Of a stretch of 64,000 bases of DNA, positions 1 to 9,100 are shown in pieces. Both the position numbers and the translations under genes were made by a program. This DNA is from Candidatus Saccharimonadales bacterium (GTDB lineage: Bacteria > Patescibacteriota > Saccharimonadia > Saccharimonadales > JANWIN01). Every line of letters starts with the position of its first letter. Within the stretch, counting starts at the first letter, position 1. The notes under the pieces were generated by a model. It saw only the letters and a list, made by a program, of their open reading frames with translations. It was not told the DNA's origin and made no database searches. The stretch lies in contig JBBRLY010000014.1 of NCBI GenBank assembly GCA_038231155.1, positions 22,792 to 86,791 on the forward strand, read 5' to 3'.

Positions 1-1
1 C

Positions 2-1234
2 TGCGATACTACTGGTATTGAACCCGATCTAGGGTTAGTTAAAGTCAAGAAACTGGTAGGTGGTGGCACCATGCATATTGTCAATCAAACTGTTCCTCGA
101 GCTTTAAAAGCTCTCGGCTACAGTGATAAGCAAGTCGACGACATAGTTAACTATATCGACAAGGAAAAAACAATTCTAGATGCGCCTGATCTTAAGAAAG
201 ATCACGAAGCAGTATTTGCTTGTTCAATGGGTGATAATGCCATTCACTACCTTGGTCATGTCAAGATGATGTCAGCTGTCCAGCCATTTCTGTCTGGTGC
301 AATTAGCAAAACAGTGAATATGCCAGAAGAAGTTAGTATTGAGGATGTCGAACAACTGCATATAGATGCCTGGCGCATGGGACTAAAAGCCGTAGCCGTT
401 TACAGGGACAACTGTAAAGTAGCTCAACCACTTAGCATGGCTAAGAAGGATGTCAGCGAGGCTCCGATAGTTGAAACCAAAACTCTACCTCTTCAAACCA
501 CATCCATTCAGTCAGCTATTGAAGCTATGGTCCCAGGGAGTGCTCCCCAAAATGCTATTCGCCACGAACTTAAAACTGTTAGAAATTCTAAGACATTTAA
601 GTTTACAGTAGGCGGCATCCGCGGTTACTTTACAGTAGGCGAATACGACGATGGTACCCCGGGAGAATTATTTGTGAGTTTAGCCAAAATGGGATCGACG
701 TTGCGTGGGGTGATGGATGCTTTTGCTACAAGCGTTAGCTATGGCTTACAATACGGCGTTCCACTTAAGAAATTTGTAAGAACTTTTTCAAGCAGTAGCT
801 TTGCTCCTGCAGGTATTACTGATGATCCTAATATTCGAACGGCCAGTTCGCTGATCGATTATATCTTTAGGCGTATGGCTATAAATTATCTGTCTTTCGA
901 TGATCGTTTAGAGCTTGGTTTAGCCAACCTCGACGATATGCCAACTGATCAAACTAGCTTACTAGGTGACGAATTAATTAAAGAGGACAGATCTGAAGTG
1001 ATTATGTCTTCAGAACCTGAAGATGCAGTAGCATCAGTAGACGTAGAATTTATAGCCAAGGAAGAAGAAGGTTCGACCTACGCTGCTGCTTTAATCAGTC
1101 AATCTAAAAGCAAAAAGGTTGAGGCAGTTTTAGATCCTTCGGCACCGCTATGCTACAACTGCGGTAATCAGACCCAACGTGCAGGTAGCTGTTATGTCTG
1201 TACCGCTTGTGGATCAACTACTGGTTGTAGTTAA
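2..1234 (+). CDS. nrdJ: Class II (adenosylcobalamin-dependent) ribonucleotide reductase, C-terminal part; the 5' end lies outside the window
   Basis: The frame is open from nt 2 (CDTTGIEPDLG...) to the stop at 1232-1234. NrdJ-type blocks are present: TFKFTVGG, GYFTVGEYDDGTPGELF, LQYGVPL, SLIDYIFRRM. There is a Cys-rich C-terminal tail, CYNCG...CYVCTACG. Family call is from recalled motifs. Confidence 0.8.
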   Translation, partial: CDTTGIEPDLGLVKVKKLVGGGTMHIVNQTVPRALKALGYSDKQVDDIVNYIDKEKTILDAPDLKKDHEAVFACSMGDNAIHYLGHVKMMSAVQPFLSGAISKTVNMPEEVSIEDVEQLHIDAWRMGLKAVAVYRDNCKVAQPLSMAKKDVSEAPIVETKTLPLQTTSIQSAIEAMVPGSAPQNAIRHELKTVRNSKTFKFTVGGIRGYFTVGEYDDGTPGELFVSLAKMGSTLRGVMDAFATSVSYGLQYGVPLKKFVRTFSSSSFAPAGITDDPNIRTASSLIDYIFRRMAINYLSFDDRLELGLANLDDMPTDQTSLLGDELIKEDRSEVIMSSEPEDAVASVDVEFIAKEEEGSTYAAALISQSKSKKVEAVLDPSAPLCYNCGNQTQRAGSCYVCTACGSTTGCS

Positions 1235-1320
1235 GCTAACCAAATCATTACAGTATAACTAGAACTTATCTTTAATTGATTGCTCGCATAAAATAAGGCT
1301 AGGGTGATAGAATATGCCTA

Positions 1321-1587
1321 ATGAAAGTGCTTATACTTTATAGACCGAAGTCAGAACATGCCAGGCAAGTAGAGGAGTATATTCATGATTTTGTTCAGTC
1401 TGAACCTAGCCGTAAGTTGGACGTCCTAGATATTGACAGCCGAGAAGGTGTTGCTACAGCTGAACTTTATGACATTAATGCTTATCCAGCAGCCTTAGCG
1501 TTGAGTAATGACGGTCAAATGCTTAAGTTTTGGACGGGTAGCTTACCGCTAATGAACGAGCTAGCTTTTTATGCTCAATCTAACTAG
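1321..1587 (+). CDS. Small thioredoxin/glutaredoxin-fold-like protein without the CxxC pair (hypothetical)
   Basis: 88-aa ORF directly after nrdJ. TGaTAGAAT box at 1305-1313, 7 nt before the ATG. The N-terminus MKVLILYRPKSEHARQV resembles the NrdH/Grx start (IYxKPxCxxC) but has S and A in place of both Cys. Confidence 0.45.
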   Translation: MKVLILYRPKSEHARQVEEYIHDFVQSEPSRKLDVLDIDSREGVATAELYDINAYPAALALSNDGQMLKFWTGSLPLMNELAFYAQSN

Positions 1588-1639
1588 TTGCCTAAATATC
1601 AGAAGTTAGATATAGTTAAAATTACAATTAGGTAAATCC

Positions 1640-1848
1640 ATTTAACTCTTATAAGCGACGAAGGATAAGAGTAAAAAGTGACTATCAACCACGAGGAGCG
1701 ACCAGAACCATTCATTTTACGTTCGTAGAGTGAAGGGCGGTAGAAGTTGCCGGGGGAGGCCCGTTACAGCCGTAAGTAAGTCCTTAAATCAGGATGGTAC
1801 CGTTCACTAAGCTGTGAGCTCCTGAATCCAAGAGGGGCTTTTTATTTT
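1640..1848 (+). promoter_or_regulatory. T-box leader (tRNA-sensing riboswitch) controlling ileS
   Basis: 275-nt ORF-free leader. T-box core AAATCAGGATGGTACCGTT at 1787-1804 (consensus AAUNNGGGUGGUACCGCG). F-box CCGTTA at 1761-1766. AGTA/GA-type elements at 1655-1672. Candidate Ile specifier ATC followed by A at 1684-1687. The leader ends in a terminator hairpin plus U-tract just before the ileS SD AAGGAG. Confidence 0.65.
1817..1848 (+). terminator. Intrinsic terminator of the T-box expression platform
   Basis: Stem AGCTCCT (1817-1823) pairs with AGGGGCT (1833-1839), with one G-U pair and a 9-nt loop. It is followed by TTTTTATTTT. Confidence 0.6.
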
Positions 1849-1862
1849 AAAGGAGAAGTAAG

Positions 1863-4751
1863 GTGAAATTTAAAGCCAATAGCAGGCGCACAGCGATCGA
1901 TTACGAGAAGGATCTGGTTAAGTATTGGAAAGACAATCAGATTTTTGAAAAATCAGTTGAGCAAAGACCATCTTCTGATAGTTATGTTTTTTATGACGGT
2001 CCACCTTTTATAACTGGTGTGCCGCACCACGGTACGCTTTTGAGCAGTATTGTTAAAGATGCTGTACCGCGTTACTGGACAATGAAAGGTAAGCGCGTCG
2101 AACGGGTCTGGGGATGGGATTGTCATGGGCTGCCAGCCGAAATATATACTGAGCGCAAATTGGGCCTAAAAGATAGGCGAGACATTGGAACTAAGATTAG
2201 TCTTAAAGATTACATTATAGCTTGTCGCCAGAATATGGTTCAGACAGGTAACGAATGGGAAGATACGATTGCTAGAATCGGTCGTTGGGTAGACTTTAAA
2301 GGTGCTTATAAAACCATGGATAAGGACTACATGGAATCTGTTTGGTGGGCATTTAAAAAGCTATATGAGGCTGGTAAGATTTACGAAGGCGAAAAAGTCT
2401 TACTTTATTGTACTCATGATGCTACACCAGTTTCTAAAGCTGAGGTTGCAATGGATAACTCTTATCAAGATGTCACAGATCCATCGGTTTATGTAAAACT
2501 CAAATTAAAAGATCACGATGCATATTTACTAGCTTGGACAACTACGCCTTGGACGCTTCCTGCTAACACTGCGGCCGCTGTCAATAAAGACCTAACCTAT
2601 GCAGAAGTTCAAATTGGAAGTGATAAATTTATCCTCGCTAAAAAATTACTTGATAAAGTGTTTATAGATGACCATCATAACGTTGTACCATATACAATGT
2701 TAAATTCATTTAAAGGCTCTCAACTGATTGGTAAAGACTACGAACCATTGTTTGAAGATCGTGGTAAAAATGCCAACAAAGTCTGGGATGCCGGCTATGT
2801 TAACACTGATGAAGGTACCGGTGTAGTTCATTTAGCTCCGGCTTACGGCGAAGAAGATTATACACTAGCAAAAGAATACGATTTTCCAATTGTATCCAAC
2901 ATAGATGATAATGGTTTATTTTCATCTGGTGAATGGAAAGGGCAACTAGTTTGGGATGTAAATAAAGATATTGCTAAACTGTTGCAATCTAAAGGTATCA
3001 TATGGAAAGTAGATTATGTAACACATTCATATCCACATTGCCATCGCTGCGGTACAAGATTAATGTACAGAGCTCACCCCAGTTGGTTTATGGATGTTAA
3101 GTCTCAACAACAAGAGATGCTCAACCAGAACGCAAATATTAACTGGTTCCCCAATTACTTTAAAGAAGGCCGTTTTGCTAAAAATATACTGGCTGCACCA
3201 GATTGGAATTTATCGCGTGATCGGTTCTGGGCAACCGCTATACCAGTATGGAAAGCCAAAGATCAAGATGGTAAACAGAAAATTAAAGTAATTGGAAGCT
3301 ATGCTGAACTTAAAGATTTGTCAGGTGTAGAACTAGATGATTACCACCGGCCTTGGATAGATGACGTGACTTTTGTGATTGATGGAGTCACCTATAAGCG
3401 TGTAGATAAGGTCTTAGATAGCTGGTTTGAGGCTGGATCAATGCCTTTTGCTCAATTTCATTATCCGTTTGAAAACCAAACCAAATTTGAGCAAAATTTC
3501 CCGGGCGACTTTATTGCCGAATACGTAGGGCAGGTCAGAGCCTGGTTTTATTATCTACATACTCTGTCGGTAGGACTTTATGGCACCAACTCTTTTAAAA
3601 ACGTAATTGTGACTGGTACTTTGGCCGGTAATGACGGCCGAAAAATGAGCAAATCTTTTGGTAACTTCACAGATCCCAACGAATTAATGGATATGTTTAG
3701 TGCTGACTCCCTAAGGTTTTTGATGCTATCATCACCGGTTTTAAATGGAGAGGACTTCTCCTTACAAGATAAAGACGTATCAGACACATATCGAAAATTA
3801 AATATGATCTGGAATATGTTTGATTTCTTTACCTTATATGCATCGGTGGACGGCTGGGAATGGAGTGGAGAACTGAATGATCCCTATCAAGATTTAGAGA
3901 ATCCCTTAGATCAATGGATTGTTTCACGAGTTCACGAATTAACTGAAGAAGTTGATAAACATATGCAGGCCTATGATATACCGAATGCCCTTAAACCTGT
4001 AATGCCATTTATTGATGATGCTTCTAACTGGTATGTTAGGCGTAGTCGCAAAAGATTTTGGAAAAGCGTTAATGATAAAGACAAAGACTTAGCTTATAAG
4101 ACACTACATTACGTTCTAGTACGACTCTCATTAGTTTTAGCGCCATTTACCCCCTTTTTAGCAGAAGAGCTGTTCCAGCAGCTTACTAAGGGTCAATCGG
4201 TTCATCTCAATGTTTGGCCGGCGACTGGTCAAGTAAACGGCATTGTTATAAAGGAAATGGCTGTTATCCGAGACCTGATAAGTCAAGGACTAGCAGATCG
4301 AGCCACCGCTGGCATAAAGGTGCGTCAACCACTAGCTACAGCTAAGGTGACACTGGATTTTGATTTAAGTGCAGCTAGTCACTCTGAAATGATAGAAATA
4401 ATTAAAGAAGAGCTAAATGTTAAAGAAGTTCGAGTGAGCCGAGGTGATAAAATGGGCATTAAGCTTGACACTAAACTTAACGAGTCACTTGAACAAGAAG
4501 GTTATGCACGCGAAATAATTAGAATTGTTCAAAATGCGCGCAAAAAAGCAAACCTTAATGTAGACGATAGAATTACTTTAGGATTACGGACAGAAGATAA
4601 CAATGTTAGAAGTGCAATTGATGCATATAGAACAACAATAATGGCCGAAACACTATCGGTAGATCTGAACACTAATCTCTTACAAGAATTTAATCAAACC
4701 GTAATACTTAATAACTCTGAGCTTAGAGTCTCAATTATTAAAAATGGTTAA
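1863..4751 (+). CDS. ileS: Isoleucyl-tRNA synthetase
   Basis: 962 aa with a GTG start 6 nt after AAGGAG...AAGG. HIGH-type motif PHHGT and the KMSKS motif are present. Typical IleRS blocks: WGWDCHGLP, TTTPWTLPAN. Confidence 0.95.
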   Translation: MKFKANSRRTAIDYEKDLVKYWKDNQIFEKSVEQRPSSDSYVFYDGPPFITGVPHHGTLLSSIVKDAVPRYWTMKGKRVERVWGWDCHGLPAEIYTERKLGLKDRRDIGTKISLKDYIIACRQNMVQTGNEWEDTIARIGRWVDFKGAYKTMDKDYMESVWWAFKKLYEAGKIYEGEKVLLYCTHDATPVSKAEVAMDNSYQDVTDPSVYVKLKLKDHDAYLLAWTTTPWTLPANTAAAVNKDLTYAEVQIGSDKFILAKKLLDKVFIDDHHNVVPYTMLNSFKGSQLIGKDYEPLFEDRGKNANKVWDAGYVNTDEGTGVVHLAPAYGEEDYTLAKEYDFPIVSNIDDNGLFSSGEWKGQLVWDVNKDIAKLLQSKGIIWKVDYVTHSYPHCHRCGTRLMYRAHPSWFMDVKSQQQEMLNQNANINWFPNYFKEGRFAKNILAAPDWNLSRDRFWATAIPVWKAKDQDGKQKIKVIGSYAELKDLSGVELDDYHRPWIDDVTFVIDGVTYKRVDKVLDSWFEAGSMPFAQFHYPFENQTKFEQNFPGDFIAEYVGQVRAWFYYLHTLSVGLYGTNSFKNVIVTGTLAGNDGRKMSKSFGNFTDPNELMDMFSADSLRFLMLSSPVLNGEDFSLQDKDVSDTYRKLNMIWNMFDFFTLYASVDGWEWSGELNDPYQDLENPLDQWIVSRVHELTEEVDKHMQAYDIPNALKPVMPFIDDASNWYVRRSRKRFWKSVNDKDKDLAYKTLHYVLVRLSLVLAPFTPFLAEELFQQLTKGQSVHLNVWPATGQVNGIVIKEMAVIRDLISQGLADRATAGIKVRQPLATAKVTLDFDLSAASHSEMIEIIKEELNVKEVRVSRGDKMGIKLDTKLNESLEQEGYAREIIRIVQNARKKANLNVDDRITLGLRTEDNNVRSAIDAYRTTIMAETLSVDLNTNLLQEFNQTVILNNSELRVSIIKNG

Positions 4752-4801
4752 TCAATACTATTTAACTAAGACAAAGCAACGTAAATCGTCTCTTTGAAGG
4801 G

Positions 4802-4830
4802 TTTACATAAAAGTCTATCTCTGTTAAACT
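4802..4830 (+). promoter_or_regulatory. Sigma70-like promoter of rplU
   Basis: TTTACA (4802-4807), 17-nt spacer, TGtTAAACT (-10 at 4825-4830). The ATG is only 9 nt downstream and there is no SD. Confidence 0.5.
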
Positions 4831-4839
4831 CAGTCGGTT

Positions 4840-5148
4840 ATGAAACGAGCAGTAATTTTAGCCGGCGGTAAACAGTACTTAGTTACCGAAGGTCAAGAAC
4901 TAGAGATTGATAAATTAGCTGACCCAAAGGCTAAAACTTTAGCGGCATTATTAGTTATAAATGACGATCAAATTAGTATTGGTCAACCGACTCTAGATGG
5001 GACAACTATTGATATTGAAGTAATAGAACCGGAAATTCTGGGTGATAAAGTTACGGCTATTCGTTATAAAGCCAAAAAACGAGTGCATAAACTTCGTGGT
5101 CACCGCCAAAAACTGTCCAAAATCAAAATAACCAAAATTAGCTCGTAA
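4840..5148 (+). CDS. rplU: Ribosomal protein L21
   Basis: 102 aa. N-terminus AVILAGGKQYLVTEGQ and C-terminal GHRQKLSKIKI are typical of bL21. Confidence 0.9.
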   Translation: MKRAVILAGGKQYLVTEGQELEIDKLADPKAKTLAALLVINDDQISIGQPTLDGTTIDIEVIEPEILGDKVTAIRYKAKKRVHKLRGHRQKLSKIKITKISS

Positions 5149-5227
5149 TTATTCTACTATCTGAATCATCTAATCAGTATCCAAATAGTTTTGCTATATA
5201 ATGCTTATAGTTAAATAAGGGTAAACA

Positions 5228-6070
5228 ATGCCCCCATTTCAAAGAAAGAAAATATTTAATTTCAGTTTAATAGGTCTTATTGGACTTATTTTAAGCTGTT
5301 TAACTTGGACTTTGGTATACGCTACAGCTTTTACCGAGGGCTATCAAACAACTACTGACTTATCTGTTGGTACAGTAGTTAGCATAGCTAAAAATAGCAA
5401 TAGTCAAATAGAACCAACCAATCCTGATAATGATTCACGATTGATTGGAGTTATTGCACCTGCAAATAGTTCAATCATAGATATCCAACCTTTAGGTAGT
5501 AATATTCGAGTTGCCACGAGTGGAGATGCAACACTTTTGGTAACCGACAGTGCAGGCGATATTAAGAAAGGTGACAACCTGATAATTTCCTCCCTAGCCG
5601 GAATTGCTATGCGTGATCAAGCAAATGCTATAGCGAGTAAATACTTAGCAGTTGCAAAGGAGTCATTTTCGTCTTCATCCGTTGGAGCACAAAAAGTCAG
5701 CGTAAGTTTATCTAACGGTGGGAAACAAACTGTATCTGTTGGCAAAATTGTAGCTACAATACTTATCAGCGATCGTAAATCACCAATTGTCACACCTAAA
5801 ACTAATAATTTTTTTACAAATCTTGGTAAGCGAATTGCCGGTAAAGACGTTAGTCTGTTAAGAATGATTGTATCAATAATAGTTTTGCTAACAGCATTTT
5901 CAATTACTGGTTGGTTACTTAATGCATCCGTGAAAGGTTCTTTTAACTCCTTAGGACGTAATCCTTTAGCCAAAATAAGTATAATGACCAGTCTTATGCG
6001 AATTATTGCTCTATCGATATTTATTTTTGGAATCGGCATAAGTTTAGCGTATTTAATAATAGTTTTTTAA
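5228..6070 (+). CDS. Membrane protein, function unknown (N-terminal TM, about 170-aa external domain, 3 C-terminal TMs)
   Basis: 280-aa ORF with TATAAT at 5198-5203 and SD-like AAGGG. Hydrophobic segments FNFSLIGLIGLILSCLTWTLV, MIVSIIVLLTAFSITGWLL and IIALSIFIFGIGISLAYLIIV. It sits immediately upstream of the giant surface-protein gene. Confidence 0.6.
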   Translation: MPPFQRKKIFNFSLIGLIGLILSCLTWTLVYATAFTEGYQTTTDLSVGTVVSIAKNSNSQIEPTNPDNDSRLIGVIAPANSSIIDIQPLGSNIRVATSGDATLLVTDSAGDIKKGDNLIISSLAGIAMRDQANAIASKYLAVAKESFSSSSVGAQKVSVSLSNGGKQTVSVGKIVATILISDRKSPIVTPKTNNFFTNLGKRIAGKDVSLLRMIVSIIVLLTAFSITGWLLNASVKGSFNSLGRNPLAKISIMTSLMRIIALSIFIFGIGISLAYLIIVF

Positions 6071-6078
6071 ACTACCCC

Positions 6079-6108
6079 TTGCATTACTCTTATAAACGCG
6101 AGTATAAT
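6079..6108 (+). promoter_or_regulatory. Sigma70-like promoter of the giant surface-protein gene
   Basis: TTGCAT (6079-6084), 18-nt spacer, TATAAT (6103-6108). It is followed by an A-rich leader of about 50 nt with no SD before the ATG at 6167. Confidence 0.45.
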
Positions 6109-6166
6109 TTTTACTCGGCAACTGAACACAAAAAGAATTGCCAAAACAGATAAAAAAACATAAAAA

Positions 6167-9100
6167 ATGCAGGACAGCGACCAGCTTACAACTGACACAA
6201 CTCGTGCAGAACCTGAGATTATTACATCTCAAGGTAGTTCTGTAGCGTCAATAACCAAAAAAGGTCTAATGTGGAAATGGGTAATAGTTGCTGCAGCCTT
6301 TACTCTGTTACTAACAGGATTAATAGCCTTTACATTACGTCGAAAACCAGTAAGCCCCTCACCAACGCAAGTTACTATTAATTCTCAAACAGTTAATACC
6401 AAGACTTTAGCTCCTGCAACAAGTACGTTTCAAATTGGAATTAATAAGGTAGTTATAAACGGCCAAGTACAAGCTAACCAGGGTTTAATACTTCAACCAA
6501 CAGATCAACCCACTACTCCAACCAAGGGCCAAATTTACTTAGACGCAAATACCAATACGTTACGTTACTATGACGGCACTAAGTTCGTAACAGTAGCTGA
6601 TCAGAACGCACTTACTAGTTTGGCAGCTAACCTTAGTAATATTCCAACAAATTTAGTAAATAGCCTTCAAGGCTCTACTGGTGCTCTGACTTTATCAGGA
6701 ACAAATGGAGTTACGATATCAGCCAATGGGGTTAACATTAGTATTAAATTACCTCAAGGAATATCTGTAACAAATAGTCCAACCTTTGCCGGTTTAACTT
6801 TGAGCACACCATTGGCTATTACTAGTGGTGGTACAGGTGTGAGCAGTTTTCCAGCTAATTCATCAATCACAACAGATGATACAGGTGTATTACAATCGGC
6901 TTCGTCAGGATCAGCCGGTATGTGTCTGTTGTCAAATACAGGTGCAGCACCAAGTTTTCAAGCCTGTCCAGGTAGCGCAGGTGTAAGTAGTATCAACGGA
7001 GGTACCGGTGCAGTCACATTAGCTAACGCTACTAATCCAATTGGTATAGACGGCACCATTACAATTGATAACGCTGCCGCTGATGGAGCCACTAAGGGTA
7101 TAGCGACTTTTAACAGCACTAACTTCTTCGGCTCAACAGGTATCATCAATACAATTCAGGACATTAATACTGCCGCTTCTCCAACCTTTGCTGGTTTGAC
7201 GTTGACATCACCTCTAACAGTTGGCAATGGTGGTACTGGTGCAAGCAATGCTGTTACTGCTCGGTTCAATCTCTCCGCTGCCGCTAGTGGTGCTAACAAT
7301 GACATCACTTCCACAACAGCTTTAAATACCATCACCCCCAGTGCTGCTCTAACTGTCGGTGCAACCGGCAAGCAATTTACATTACAGGGTAATAGCAATA
7401 GTGTCATAACAGCCACAAATGGGGCAAACACCACTACATTAGGATTTGTAACACCGACAGCAAATGTTACCTTTCAACTTCCCACGGCCTCAGCTGGAAC
7501 TTATTCAATTTGTACGTCAGCCAATAATTGTAGTGTTATTGGTGGCGGCGGCACCAATGGTACGATCCCGGTATTCAGCGGTGCCCAAACAATTGCTAAT
7601 TCCATCATCACCCAGAGTGGCAGCGTAATTACTATCAATGGTTCAGAAGTCTTACAGGGAAGTGGCTCCTTAACACTCGGTACAGGCTCTACTAATACCG
7701 GCTCAGTCGCTTTCAAGAACTCCACTAATAACAATACCGTCACTCTACAATCCGGCGTAACTAGTAGCGGTAGTTTAACCTTTACCTTACCAACAGCTGA
7801 CGGTACCAGTGCTCAATGTCTTACCACCAATGGTTCCGGAGCACTTAGCTTTAGTAATTGTTTATCTGGCTCTGGTGGCTCTGGCGTGATCTCTCTAGAT
7901 GGCCTGGCTGGCACCCTAACTGTAGCTAACTCCTCCGGTGCCGGTTCAACCATTACCATTAATAACGCTGCCGCCGATGCAACCACTAAGGGTATCGCTA
8001 CTTTTAATGCTACTAACTTTAATGCTAACAGCGGCATCATTAACACAGCTCAAGACATTAACACCGCAGCTTCTCCAACCTTTGCTGGTTTGACGTTGAC
8101 TGGTGACTTAACCCAAGGCGCTACAAATAAGATCTTTAGTAATACACTTCAACAAACCGGAGCCGGACATGAACTTGATGTAACCGCCAACAACGACCAA
8201 ATTAAATTTACAGCAAATGGTTTAACATTTTTCCTGCCAACTAATGGTGGCCTTGGCCAGACTATATGTACTAGTGGAATTTCCTGTCCATCTGGCGGGG
8301 GCACAGCTGTTTTACTAGGTCCTTCGGCAGCTCAAGTTAATAGCAACTCAAATTCCTCCATTTTTATCAATGACACAGGTGGTGGAAATCTTTTACAACT
8401 TCAAACTAGCGGAGTAGATAAATTTCTAGTAGATAACAGCGGTAATGTTTCGTTATCGAGTGGAGCTACGCTAAACCTCGATAACATCAGTACTTTAAGT
8501 AGCGGTGGTGACCAGCTTACCTTCAGCGCTAACAGCCGAACATTTATATTTCCAACTACCGGTCCAGCTAGTCAGACCATTTGTACGACAGGAATTACTT
8601 GTGTGGGCGCTGGGCAGGCAGTTCTTTTGGCACCAGGGTCTGCTCAGACTAACAGTAGCGCAACCGATAGTTCGATATTTATAAACAATACTAGTACAGC
8701 TAAGTTACTCCAATTGCAAAGTACTGGATCCGACGTCTTTACAATTGACCATAGTGGAAATACTACTATTACAGGAGGTACTCTCTCTCTTACGGCTTTA
8801 TCTAGCGGTGTAGCTACAGTTGGCGGTGGTGGCACTTTATCTTCTGTTAGTCAATTGCCAATTAACTTGGGTGGCACCAACGCTACCACTGCCGCTGGCG
8901 CCAGAAGCAACCTAAGTGCAGCTGTCTTAGGTGCTAACAACGACATCACTTCTACCACTGCTCTTAACACTATTACCCCCAGTGCCGCTCTAACAATCGG
9001 TGCAACCGGCCAGCAATTTACATTACAAGGGAATGCCAGTAGCGTTATTACAGCTACAAATGGAGTAAATACCACTACGTTAGGTTTTGTAACACCTACG

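Noticed and set aside
5617-6039. 140-aa minus-strand ORF overlapping the 5228-6070 gene
   Set aside because: The plus-strand ORF has a promoter and SD context and clear TM helices. The antisense ORF has no signals and an Ile/Leu/Lys-rich shadow composition.
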